Source: Chiloscyllium plagiosum (Eukaryota). Taken from it: DNA of 64,000 nt. This document shows positions 52,450-64,000 of the stretch, piece after piece. The stretch covers positions 32,966,563 through 33,030,562 of the forward strand of contig NC_057719.1 in the NCBI RefSeq assembly GCF_004010195.1, written 5' to 3'. The position numbers and the translations under genes were made by a program. Positions within the stretch are counted from its first letter, which is position 1; each line of letters opens with the position of its first letter. The notes beneath the pieces were generated by a model, which ran no database searches, was not told where the DNA came from, and worked only from the letters and a program-made list of their open reading frames with translations.

Positions 52450-52845
52450 ATTCAGTCACGGGATGTGAGCATTACTTGCTGGGCCAGAATTTATTGCCTT
52501 GTTGCGCTTGAGAAGGTGGCGGTGAGCTGGCTTCTTGAACTGCTGCAGTCTATTTGATGTAGATAGACCTACAATGCCATTCTGGAGGGTGTCCCTGGAT
52601 TTTGACCCAGCAACACTGAAGGAATAATAATATATTTTAATGTCAGAATGGTGAATGGCTCGAAAGAGAAATTGCAGTCGATGATTTTCCCTTGTATCTG
52701 CTGCCCTTGCCTTTCTAGATGGTAGTGATTTTGAAGATGCAGCCTTGATGAATTTCTGCAGTGCATCTTGTAGATGGTGCACACTGCTTCTGCTGCTGCT
52801 GAGGGTCAATGGAGGAGGAATAGAATGCTTGCAGATGTGGTGCCC
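52450..52845 (-). mobile_element. 3' fragment of the 16930-18530 LINE family
   Basis: Colinear with 16940-17345; a shorter copy lies at ~47560-47650. Confidence 0.8.
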
Positions 52846-53012
52846 TTCACACAGTACTGAGCTGGAAGGTTGGAACTGGGGTTAGGCAGGGAGAGGAGAA
52901 TTGAAGAAACTGGTGAAATCCACATTGATGCCCTGCGGTTGGAGGGTCCCAAGATGGAAGATTAGGCATTCTTCCTCCAGGTGTCAGGTGGTAAGGGAGT
53001 GGCAGTGGAGGA

Positions 53013-53157
53013 GTGCCGTCTGCCTTTATTCCTGATGAAGGGCTTTTGCCCGAAACGTCGATTTTGCCTGTCCTCGGATGCTGCCTGAATTGCTGTGCTC
53101 TTCCAGCACCACTGATCCAGAATCTGGTTTCCAGCATCTGCAGTCATTGTTTTTACC
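53013..53157 (+). mobile_element. Penelope-like terminal repeat nested antisense in the endonuclease remnant
   Basis: ctgatgaagggcttttgcccgaaacgtcg..ggatgctgcctga..ccagcatctgcagtcattgtttttacc. Confidence 0.82.
53030..53061 (+). ncRNA. Minimal type I hammerhead ribozyme-like core
   Basis: tcCTGATGAaGGGCttttGCCCGAAAcgTCga, identical to the minus-strand core at 21510-21541. Confidence 0.7.
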
Positions 53158-54734
53158 TGCAAGGCCTCAGCAGAGTGGGAGGAGGAGTTGAAGTGTTCAG
53201 CCACGGGATAGTGGAGTTGATTTGTGCGTGTGTTCCGGCGGTGTTCTCTGTAGTGCTCTGCAAGTGGGCGTCCTGTCTCCCCAGTGTAGAGGAGACCACA
53301 TTGTTAAGACTGCCTGCATTCAGTTTTTTCATACCCACCACCTCAGTCCCTCGGCTTATCTTTATCCATGTTTTTGTTATCTCTAGACTCAACTCTCATG
53401 GTTGGCATTTTATAACCATCTCAAACTTGAACACAACTAAAACTCAACTGCCCTAATATCCTAAGTTTCATCAAGTCTTGTTCAATCATCAACTCTGTAC
53501 TTGTTGATACAATTTAACTTGCTCCAGCAGCACCCGAACTTTAAGATTATCATCTTTCTGCTGGAATCACTTTGTGTTTTCACCCATCCTATCTCCAAGT
53601 CCACCTTTCACCCTATTGCTCTTCAATTCCTGTAACTACTCTCTTGCTCATTTATACTTCCATTGCACCACCACTGGCGACCATGCCTTCAGCTGCCTCG
53701 TGCCTCCCTGTTTTCCTTTATGTCATTCCTTAAAAGCTACTGTCAGAGTATCTCAAATGATTTGGCATCAGATTTTGTCTGTTAACACTTGGGTGACAGA
53801 ACTTGGGACATCTCACTATTTTAAGAGTGTTATGTACAAATGCAACACTTACAGATGATATTTCTGACAGATGCTGTTTGAACTTTCTGCATAGGGAAAG
53901 CAGCACAATCAGCACCATTTTCATACAGTTGGGAATCTTTGACAATTACTGAAAGAAGAGGTAAGGGAAAATTTGAGATATTATGTAAATCAGCAATTTG
54001 CATATGTTAAGAATTTGCACATTGCAAATTTTGGTTTCATCAAGATGTGGCTGGTTAGTAGCATGGAAAATGACTTAGTATTATTTTCTGTAGCCTTAAT
54101 CAGCATCACCTATTTACAAATTGTATTTAGCTTATGCTCCATTCTCTTTGCATTTTCCAAAGAACATGTTTCACACTCCGACTTAGAATATTCCTTACTG
54201 CAACACAGTTACATTTCCCTTGCAGCTTTTCTGAGTGCCTGGGTAAATATACAGATTCACCACTTCACAGGTGGCATGACATTGATGATACTCAGATTAA
54301 TGTAAGCCATTCTAACATTTTATGCAAATCTTTCGCGTACCAGCTGATGTCGAAGACAAGCTCTGAATGTGAAAGAAGGGTATGTTAATATAATTCACCA
54401 TCCAAATCCTGTGCCACCACAAGAATAAACTTAATTTTACAACTAAGCCCTAGATTACATTCACAAGAAGAAAATCACAAGTTCAACAAGTTCACTCTGG
54501 TTCCGAGTGCACTGCGAAATGATTCAAGTGACTCCTCACTTGGATGTATCAAATGAATCATGTTTGGTTCCAGAGTTACTGATTTTACAATGAGACTCAG
54601 ATTTCAGCAAGGCAGCTGTGCTGTGTGCAATGTGACAGCACAGAACAGAGTTGGTGAGCTACGGGTATTGTTTTTTGTTACACTTACTTTCATAATCTTA
54701 AGAAAGAAAGGAAATATCAGTGAGACTCAGGGTG

Positions 54735-55079
54735 ACCATAAGACCATGAGACATAGGAGTGCAAGTAAGGCCATTTGGCCCATCAATTCCACTCCGCCAT
54801 TCAATCATGGCTGACGGGCATTTCAACTCCACTTACCCACATTCTCCCCGTAGCCCTTAATTCCTTGTGACGTCAAGAATTTATCGATCTCTGCCTTGAA
54901 GACATTTAGCGTCCCGGCCTCCACTTCACTCCGCGGCAATGAATTCCACAGGCCCACCACTCTCTGGCTGAAGAAATGTCTCTGCATTTCTGTTCTGAAT
55001 TTACCCCCTCTAATTCTAAGGCTGTGCCCACGGGTCCTAGTCTCCTCGCCTAACGGAAACAATTTCTTAGCGTGCATCC
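54735..55079 (-). mobile_element. 5'-truncated CR1 3' end (same subfamily as 5855-6201)
   Basis: ORF 54823-55077: LFP..TRTRGHSLRIRG..FFSQRVVGLWNSLP. Confidence 0.93.
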
Positions 55080-55562
55080 AAAAAAAATAGTACTAGTGGC
55101 AACTTTATAAACCAATGATCTGTTGGCAGACAGATCTTAGAGTAGGTTTTGAACTTGTAATTTGCCAATTGACTAGTAAGAGTGCCATTATCTAAGTCAA
55201 CCAGTTTTAAATCATTCACATCCTTCCTACAATCTGGCAGCTAGAATTGGGCACAATATTTCAGAGAAGACCAAACCAATGACTTATCAACTGCTCAGCA
55301 CAGCTTTCTTGCTTTTTTAATTCTATATCCCTATTTATAAAGTCCAGGACCCCACATGCCATACTAAGCACTTTCTCAATCTGCCCTGTCATCTTCCATC
55401 ATTTATGCAGACACCCAACACACAAGTTCTTCTGTACCTGCACACCCCTTTCAGAGCTTTCTCATTTCATACAGCTTCTCATTGTTTTGGTGAGGTGAAC
55501 AAACTTCAAAAACAGACACTTTTATGCAATAAATTTCATCTGCCAAGATCTTTTTTATTCCA

Positions 55563-56390
55563 CCATGGGCCCTCACCTTGCTCAGCAGCCTCTCTTGTGG
55601 CACCTTATCAAAGGCCTTTTGGAAGTCTAGGTAGATAACATTCACTGGGTTTCCCTGGTCTAACCTACTTGTCACCTCTTCAAAGGATTCCAACAGGTTT
55701 GTCAGGCATGACCTCCCCTTACTAAATCCATGTTGTCTTGTTCTAATCCGACCCTGCTCTTCCAAGAATTTAGAAACTTCATCCTTAATGATGGATTCTA
55801 GAATTTTACCAACAACCGAGGTTAGGCTAATTGGCTTATAATTTTCCATCTTTTGTCTTGATCCTTTCTTGAACAAGGGGGTTACAACAGTGATCTTCCA
55901 ATCATCCGGGACTTTCCCTGACTCCAGTGACTTTTGAAAGATCTCAACCAACGCCTCCGCTATTTCCTCAGCCACCTCCCTCAGAACTCTAGGATGTAGC
56001 CCATCGGGGCCAGGAGATTTATCAATTTTAAGACCTTTTAGCTTTTCTAGCACTTTCTCTTTTGTAATGGCAACCATACTCAACTCAGCCCCCTGACTCC
56101 CTTTAATTGTTGGGATATTACTCATCTCTTCCACTGTGAAGACTGACGCAAAGTACCTATAAAGTTCTCCAGCTATTTCCTTATCTCCCATCACTAGCCT
56201 TCCAGCATCAGTTTGAAGTGGCCCAATGTCTACTTTTGCCTGTCATTTGTTTCTTATGTATTGAAAGAAACTTTTACTATAATTTCTAATATTACTGGCT
56301 AGCCTACCTTCATTTTTGATCCTCTCCTTCCTTATTTCTCTCTTTGGTATCCTCTGTTTGTTTTTGTAGCCTTCCCAATCTTCTGATTTT
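55563..56390 (-). mobile_element. CR1 ORF2 internal fragment (RT N-terminal half), open for ~210 codons
   Basis: DKSPGPDGLHPRVL..W..VTPLFKKG..NYKPISLTSVVGKILESI..QHGF.KGRSCLTNL..YLDFQKAFDKVP. Confidence 0.93.
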
Positions 56391-58599
56391 TTTGTAGCCT
56401 ACCCAATCTTCTGATTACGAATGCAGTGCAATGAAACTTGGCCTGGAGTCTACAGTGGGCATCAGTGATTTCTCACAATATACAACAAAACATGTGAATT
56501 ATCCAGACAGTGAGGGATCACCTTAGATTTCTGTGACCAGCTGTAATAAGTAGAAATGGTTACAGGATTCAGAATTTGATGTGTTGTGTGAAGCTGGCCA
56601 GTGTTAAAGAGGCACACTCGGAATGGAAAAGTTAGATGTAAGCACAGACTTTGGTTCCAGATCCAAGCTGAATGATCAAGGCTGCTGACTGTAAATTGTG
56701 CAAGGTGATTAAAATAAGCTGATCAGACAGCTGGTAAGGGCACAGTCAGTGTTGCTTAATGCTACTTGAACTGCTAATTTATTGGAAGAGGGTGCAGACG
56801 TTAGACTGTATGCCAGTTTGTTAGATGACATCACTAACACAGACATCTGACCACAAAGCAAACATCACTAAAAAGGGATGCCAAGAAGATCTGTCAGCAT
56901 GAAGGGTTTGCCAAAAAAATTGCCAGGCCTTTGAGTGGACAGCACATTTGACATATATTTGCCAAACAACATTGTGTAACTTAGGAATAATGCTGGTAAT
57001 ATCATAATACAGGGTCTAATGAGACCTTTAGAACCAAGAGGTATACAGTTACAAAGTTAACTGTTTCATATTGAACAATGTGTGTGTACTGTACCAACAG
57101 AATGATTCATCTCACAAAATAATGAAACAGGTCTTATTTCCAATCCTACACACAATTCTCCCTGGTGCATTTCTTTGAGCTATTTCCTCTATCTCACTGA
57201 TCCTCAGTTGTAATTCCTCATCTGTCAGTACTGTGAGACCTTAACCAGTCACCGTTTTTTTATGCTGCATTGTAATTCTAGTATGTGAGAAGAAAGATAA
57301 TAAAGAAATTTACTTTGATGCTAGCAATTTGCTGAGGGCAGGGAGTCACTGAATCAGAAATCAATCCACAAGCCAAGTTTGGAAAGTATTTAAAAATGTT
57401 CTTCAGGAAACTGCTGAGTATGGAAGATTTTGGAGATATTGCAGATGAAATAATTAAATAAACAGGTGCAATATTGAGAATGTGCTATGGATAAGAATTC
57501 ATTTAAAACAAATGTGCTGAATATAGGATTCCTTCTCCACAGAAAAAAAAGACTAAATGAAGAGGTCTCTTTTCTTTGTGCACAGTAATAGGGCAAACAT
57601 TCTCAAAGACACTTACAGCTTCTTTCCCACAAACAATCTGCAGAGATGGTGTCAACTACAAACTAAATATACAGGATTTTTGAAAGGTTGACTGCTCAAA
57701 AGCACAAGTATACAAAAATGACAGTTCTAAAAGACTGTTATACTGGACTCAGAACATTAGCTGTTTCTGTCTCCACAGATGCTGCCAGACCTGTTAAGTT
57801 TGTCCAGCACTTTTATATGCCAAATAAGACAGTGAGGGACACTAGCTGGCCCACTAAGTGTGCCCCATGGAGTTATGATGATTTATAAATCATGGGACAG
57901 ACTCTACCTGAGCTGGAACCTTATAATCTCCTGAGAGAAGTGGGAAAAAAACAGATAAAAGCCTAAACTTTCAATAACGGAGGAAAAATATGGATAATTC
58001 CACCTTTGGGCAATCAAAACTCACGTTAGATAGCACAGAAACTAGATTGACATTACAATTTAGCAATATTTTGTTCAGTTAAAGCCACAGCTAGAGAGAG
58101 ATCCAACTCATTCTTGAAGAAACATAATGAAGTAGGATTCACAGTGCTGGCACCTTTGAGGAAAATAACCACCTAACATTCAATCTAGTTTTATGCTTAT
58201 ATAACTTGTAAATGTGACCTCTGGTGCTACTTAACCTATCGAGTTGAATTAATTGAATCTTGTAAACACAATCTTGGTCCCATCATTGTTTTATGAACCG
58301 AGATCAAATCACCTTTGAGGTTTTTTTTGAAATATAGTTTATTCTTTAATATTGAAGTATGGGTTTATTTGCTAAGGTGGCACAGTGTCGCTTACTTATG
58401 AACAGATCACAAATCAACAGATGCCTAATTAAGTTCTTCTACAAAAACATGAAGGTTTATTTGTTTTATCATGTATTGCCCTGTGAATACAATGTAAATC
58501 CATGCTTGCTTTAGTTAAACCTCATGTCTCTGGCCATGAACTTTTTGAGTGTGATGCTCTATAATTCTTTTGCAACAAACATTAGCACTGTTCCCTGTA

Positions 58600-59300
58600 G
58601 GCTGTGTACATACTTAGTATTCAACTAGCCTCCATGCACGACTCAAGTTTACAAAAATGACCAAATCTATCCTTCCAAAATAAGTTATATGCACTTAGCA
58701 GTTGAGCATCCTCTACAGTGCTAACTCTCACATTTATTTCTGTATCAACCTCCATCCCATAGATCATTTCCACAGTCGCTACATCTAGGTCATTAATGAA
58801 AATAATAAAGAGTAAAGACCATAGGATGAAACACTGAAGGTTACCATGGTAACTGGTCTCCACGTAGATCTAAATCTATTTAAAACATTCTGTTTACAGC
58901 ATTCAGCCAGTTCTCAATTCACTAGAACCGCTATTGGATTCCTCAAACTTCTGGAGACTTGCCACTTGAGAGGACCCTTATTAAAATCTTTTTGAAGCTT
59001 CAGGTTGAAAATGTTCATAGTGTTACCCCCATTTACTTAACCTATTGAGTTTACAGAACACTCCATAAGAAGTGACTTTGTTTTCAGGTATTTGAATGGA
59101 TGCTCCTGGAAATAATTTCCTTATCAGAGTAGTTGTATTGAGCATCAATACGATTAACTTTGAGTCACTCACTACTGAAGACAGCTAATAAGCCTATAGT
59201 TACATGGTTAAGTCTCATCACTTGAGTTAAAATGTGGAATGATGTGAGCATCCATCCATCTAAGTGCATAGTCCCCAGCTCCAGTGTGCAATTCAAGGTT
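58600..59300 (-). mobile_element. Very old CR1-like RT remnant
   Basis: LLFIIFINDLDV motif in ORF 58621-58863. Confidence 0.5.
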
Positions 59301-59339
59301 TGAGCAAGGAGGCCACCTAATACCTGTCCCATTTTATTG

Positions 59340-60120
59340 ATATTATCACAGCATTTGACTAAGTGAGCAGAAAAGGTCTACTGGAGAAAATTGGCAACTT
59401 GCTGATGCTTCTCAATAAAGTCTTTGCATGATAACCTGACGGCTAGGGTCAGCTATAACAGAACAGTGCCAAACACTTCAAGATTCACAGCATGGTCATT
59501 GTGCCCTGGCACTGACACTCTTTGGTACACTCTTCTCTTTGCTGTTGTTACATGTATTGAGGCCATCCAAAGAGGATATCTATTTATTAACCAGAACGGA
59601 CAGAAAACTATTTAGCCTTGCTTTCCTGACATTTGTAACATGGGTTTGCTATATCTTCATCCAAGAAATACTCCAGCTGGTAATGTTTCAGTCAAATTCC
59701 TCAAAGAACACCTTCAGTGGAAAAAGACAGATTATCTCCAACCTGTAAAATGTTAGTTTTGACCATTAGCATTCGGAAGATAAAGCTAATGGTCCTGGAT
59801 ATTGTTGTATCACTAGATCTCACTGTTGAATATGTGATGCTGATGATTGTTGATAGCTGCACATATCTTAGCTCCACAATCACCAGAAATTAGTCACTTG
59901 ATGCTAAAATTTACATGTGCATCACAAAAGCTGAATCTGTTCTGACCAAAATGATGAAGAGAAAGTGGAACAATAATAACCTGAATGATAGTGTCAATCT
60001 GTGATTCTACCAAGTCTGAACCCTCAGTGCATTCCTATAAACTGGCGAGATTGGGACACCATATGCTAGGCAGGAGAAAAGGTTGAACAGTTTTAACATT
60101 TACCATCACCAACTTATCGA
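59340..60120 (+). mobile_element. RTE-clade LINE RT remnant
   Basis: Decayed TYLSSTIT..*SLDAKI..CITKA..KWNNNNL.. followed by WT.YARQEKRLNSF, an RTE-type C-terminal RT pattern. Confidence 0.65.
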
Positions 60121-60637
60121 ATTTGCAGGAGACATATAGGTATTGTCATTGGAATAATGCAATAATAATCTGGGCACCTGACTTTGAATGCCATCATTGC
60201 AGATGGTTGGAATTAGACATTTTAAGAATCTGGAAGTCAAAGTCCAATGACAACCATGAAACTATTGTCGCAATACTTCATCTGGCTGACTAATTTCCTT
60301 TGGCAAAGGAAATCTGGCTGACATGTGACTCTAGACCCACATGTTTGATTGTTAACTGCCCTAAAAATTGCAAAAATTACTCCAAGTATCTGTTCATCTA
60401 TATTTAGGCTTAGAGAGCGGTAGAACCTCTTGTGTATGATAAGGTTGAGAAATCCTCTGAATAGACTTTGACACAATTTGCATTCACAGATGGGGTCTAC
60501 CCTTTCAGAAATATATGTTCCAGTTGTGTGGTTCCTGTCTGAAAACACTCAAGATTTGCTGAATTCCTGATTTCGAAGTTGAAAGCTGTTGTCGCAACGG
60601 AGGAAGGTCTCTTGGCTCCTTCACAGCAGCCATAGTG

Positions 60638-60975
60638 GTGGTGGCCTGCAGTGGCTCAGTGGTTAGCACTGCTGCCTCAAAGTGCCAGGAGCCACAGGTT
60701 TGATTCCATCCCGGGTGACAACCTGTGTGGAGTTTGCATATCCTTGACGTGTCTGTGTGGGTTCCCAACGGGTGCTCCAGTTTCCTCCCACAGTCTAAAG
60801 ATGTATAGGTTGGGTGGATTGACCATGCTAAATTGCCCATAGCATCCAGAGGTGTATAGTTTAGGTGGATTAGCCATGGGAAATGCAAGGTTATGGGTCT
60901 GGGTGGGGTGACCTTCAAAGGGTTTTTGTGGACTCAATGAGGCAACTGGCCTGCTTCCACACTGTAGGTATTCTA
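60638..60975 (+). mobile_element. HE1-like V-SINE (older copy)
   Basis: gtggctcagtggttagcactgctgcctca, B-box-like ggtttgattcc, V-domain, CR1-like tail. Confidence 0.88.
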
Positions 60976-61039
60976 TAAAATAGTCTAGCAATATTAAACC
61001 AAAAGAAATAAAACCATGTATGCCAGTGACATTGACTTG

Positions 61040-61900
61040 GGTAGTGGAAATGGCAATGACAAACTCAGCTCTGTTGACACTGCGAAATCCTCCTTACTGG
61101 GGTTACCGCCAAAAATTGGGAAAACTGTCTCACAGATTAGTCAAGCAGCAACCTGAAATAGTCAAAGTCATGAAATTGTACCATACAATGCCTCAAGAAC
61201 CATTATCAGCATCCCTGAGTGTGTTCAGGAAGACAAAACCAGCTGAAGTGGCAGCATGGTGGTATACAGGTCAAGAGGGATTTGCCCCAAGACTCCTCAA
61301 CATTGACTCCAGACCCTGTAAACTGCGGCATAAGGTCAAATTAGCAAGAAGTCTTTTTGCTGTTTGTAGCTACCATTTCCCAACTTTCCTCAGGATATGA
61401 ATCAGCACTACTCCATGTTGAAGAAATAATTTTTGATGACAGAGTGTATATGGATGAAGGACTTCAATATCCAACACAAAGAGTAGCTCAGCAGCATCAC
61501 TACTGACTGATCTAGTTGACCAATAAAGCATACAGATGCCTGACTGGCTCAAGTTACATCAAGTTACCCTCCATCATACTCTGTGGCACTGCCATTATGC
61601 TAAATAAGATAGATTTCAAAGCCTAGCAAATCATAAGGTGTTTAGGATAAGTAGCACGGTATAATTGTATTCAAACACAATTTGCAACCTCATAGCCCAT
61701 CATCTCCCTCACTCTACCATTACCATCAAGCCAGCAGATCAACCCTGGTTCAATGAAACGTGAAAAAGGGCATGCTAGGAGCTGCATCAGACACACCAAA
61801 AAGAAAATGTGGTGCCAACCAGGTGCAGCTAAAACACAGGGATACTTACATGTCAAACAGCATAAGTAGTAACTGATAAATAGAGCTAAGCCATGACCAA
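61040..61900 (+). mobile_element. Decayed non-LTR endonuclease-region remnant (probably the 16930-18530 family)
   Basis: QKLGKLSHRLVKQQPEIV resembles an APE domain start; ccaaccaggtgcagct and aaccctggttcaatgaa segments. Confidence 0.45.
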
Positions 61901-61940
61901 TGGCTTCCATCTGTTTTAATTTGCACTTCAAACAAGCCAT

Positions 61941-63735
61941 TTTAAAATAATTCCACAGTGGATGATTTCCAGTTGCCAAGTCACTCTTTATTTACACATG
62001 AACAGTCCTTGACTACAGTATTGCTTCTTACAGAGTCAAACACCAGAGTGACAGTATCTTTGACATTCAACCTTTTTATGTCAGCCAGAGCTCCCTCATT
62101 GGACCAGGTTAACAGCCCAATCAGGGAACTCATATTCTCTGAGATCCATCTGACTGACTTCATGACAATCACTATATCCCTCCCCCTCTGAGTCTGAGGA
62201 CATTGGCTGCTCGTTCCTCTTGGAGATCCTCCTGGGGTGTTTTAGCACTTGGTAAAATTCCTCTGATGTGGCATCCAATATGGGCAGTGTGTATTGCTCG
62301 GGAACTTGCCTCTTGCACCAGGATTTCTTTGGTAGAATTTCACTCTATCCTTCCGGTGGCAAAGCCATCATGTCCGTCTCCGATTCTGAGGACACGTTAA
62401 CACTTGGAGAGGGTGAAGCCATGGGTTCTGACAGCTTTCTGACAGTTTTGACAGGACTTGGTTTTGTTCCTGCACCATTCATGAATTTATGTCTCTCTTA
62501 TGGTCCACATGCTTGTTCAGGACCATCGCACCAACCCAAATATTCTAGGCTCAAATTACTGCAGATGCTGGAATCTGTACTGAAAACAACAAATACTGGA
62601 GATTACAGCAGGTCAGGCAGCATCCATGGAGAGAGAACAAGCTAATATTGAGTCTTTCTGCCTCACCGGTCCTGACCTTGTGCCAACCATGTCTCTTACC
62701 CGTGCAGAGTCATTTCCATGATTTTTACACTAAATTTCATCCCCTGTATCAAGCTCTCTCTCTCTCTCTCTCTCTCATTTGGCAAAGTCTTGAGTCCAGC
62801 ACTGGAGTTCCTGGTACCATTCCAGCCTCCCCTCCCCCGCCCGGTCTGGGAAGATCAGACTTAACCTGGTGCGGAGTCTTCTACCCATTAGCAACTCTGC
62901 TGGAGCTATCCCTGTAGTTGCATGTGGAGCTTTCCTTTAATCAATTAAGATATGTTGCAGCTTGTTATCTCGCAAGGATGTAGGCTGCCTTTATAATCCA
63001 GCCTTCAAAATTTAGATCACTTTCTGCCAGGCCATTGGATGATGGAGGGTGTGGAGCTGACTTATGTATTGAATACCATTTGACTTTAAGAAATAATCAA
63101 ACTCTCTGCTGGTAAACGGTGGCCTGTCAGCTGTGACCAATACTTCTGGGACTCCATGTATTGCAAAACATGCGCACAATTTTTCTATCTTCATCCCAGT
63201 GTTTGACAAATGGACCTATGCACGTCCAACCACTTTGAGTGGCTGCATAGAATAACTAAGAACATTGAGCCGATGAAAGGACCCTGACAGTCGATTTGCA
63301 ACTGAGTCCAACATTTACCCAAGTATTCCCATGTTGATACTCTGGGCAATGCCCCACCAATTTTCCAGACCTGGCCACCAGGCATAACTCCTCACCAACA
63401 TCTTCATTTCAGAGAGTTCTGGATAGCCAGGGTGGAGTTCAGCTAGTATTTGTCAGTGACCTTTGCTTGGGACAGTCACCCTTGATCCTCATAACAATAT
63501 GTTGTCCTCTACCATGAGTTAGCCTCTCTGGGCCCCAAAAGGTTTCAATCCTCAACCTTTAGTTTCCCACATTAATACCAGCAGTTTCAGTTCAGAAATG
63601 ACTGGATCTTTCTGTGTCCAAAGTCTGATATTGTCAGCCGTGACTGGAAACGTGTCTAGAAAATTCAATATTGTTGGAGACTCTTCCATTTTGTTATATA
63701 CCCTTTGCCCCACCATGTCGATGCTGACCAACAAA
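61941..63735 (-). mobile_element. Ty3/Gypsy LTR retrotransposon 3' half: integrase remnant, polypurine tract and 3' LTR (61941-62177)
   Basis: WE..GK.WT.L.ID..GPF.G.MFLV...HSKWLDV; FA.HG.PEVLVT...PFTS.EF..FLK.NGI; LNFLDT.PVT...IR.WTQKDP; PPT AGAGGGGGAGGGA immediately before the LTR. Confidence 0.88.
62555..62655 (-). mobile_element. Penelope-like terminal-repeat fragment nested in the Gypsy element
   Basis: ctgcagatgctggaatct..cagcaggtcaggcagcatccatggagaga. Confidence 0.7.
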
Positions 63736-64000
63736 CAATCAAACTACAATTATAGTACTGACACTTGGTCCATTGCCTACTACATCCTGGCATTTTAAGT
63801 GTTCAATCAGATGTTTCTTAAATGTTGCTGGAGTAGTGACCTCTGCCACCCTGTCAAGCAGCATGTTCCATCTATCATTCCCATTTAGACAGGAAACCAA
63901 ATTTGCTTGAATGAGAAGTACAGAGAAGAATATTAGGAACAGTTCTGAAGAAGAATCACATTCAGCTCATAATATTAACTCTGTTTCTCTTCCCATAGGT

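Larger units (their letters stand above)
52847..53300 (-). mobile_element. Penelope-like GIY-YIG endonuclease C-terminal remnant (pseudogenised), split by a second PLE insertion
   Basis: Minus strand encodes GLLYTGETGRPLAEHYREH..AEHFNSSSHS...LQV and LHCHSLTT*HLEEECLIFHLGTLQPQGINVDF, matching the PLE endonuclease YIGET..EH..HF..RxxEE..I..L.T..P.G.N pattern. Confidence 0.82.

Noticed and set aside
54260-54310. Candidate 31-nt micro-exon (WHDIDDTQIN) between CAG and GTAAGC
   Set aside because: Weak pyrimidine tract, no recognisable protein match and no companion exons; cannot be supported without RNA data.
55451-56194. 247-aa RT ORF as a functional or domesticated gene
   Set aside because: Ends before the catalytic FADD motif and runs into unrelated sequence; consistent with a young TE fragment.
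62754-62776. (CT)n microsatellite
   Set aside because: Short, ordinary simple repeat.

Overview
Eukaryotic, repeat-dominated genomic DNA. It is most likely from a cartilaginous fish (shark), inferred from HE1-type V-SINEs, shark-type CR1 LINEs and Deu-domain SINE remnants. No intact host gene is recognisable, and every ORF with a recognisable motif is a decayed retroelement fragment. About 1.06-16.3 kb is a ~40-bp satellite array (consensus ATTACACTGGAGTGATACATCCCTCAGCCAGCATTATTAA) with higher-order duplications and nested CR1 and Penelope insertions. A 500-N assembly gap lies at 22731-23230. The rest is a mosaic of CR1, L2/CR1-like, RTE, HE1 SINE, Gypsy LTR and Penelope-like element (PLE) fragments. 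Most notable: (i) several short TSD-flanked, often fold-back PLE insertions carrying minimal hammerhead-ribozyme cores; (ii) a TSD-flanked PLE insertion made of perfectly reiterated 30-nt copies of endonuclease-coding sequence, suggesting telomerase-like reiterative copying; (iii) a CR1 insertion that captured an inverted 123-bp copy of unique DNA from 3 kb away; (iv) reciprocal filled and empty retrotransposon sites in satellite paralogs. All family names come from remembered motifs, not database searches.
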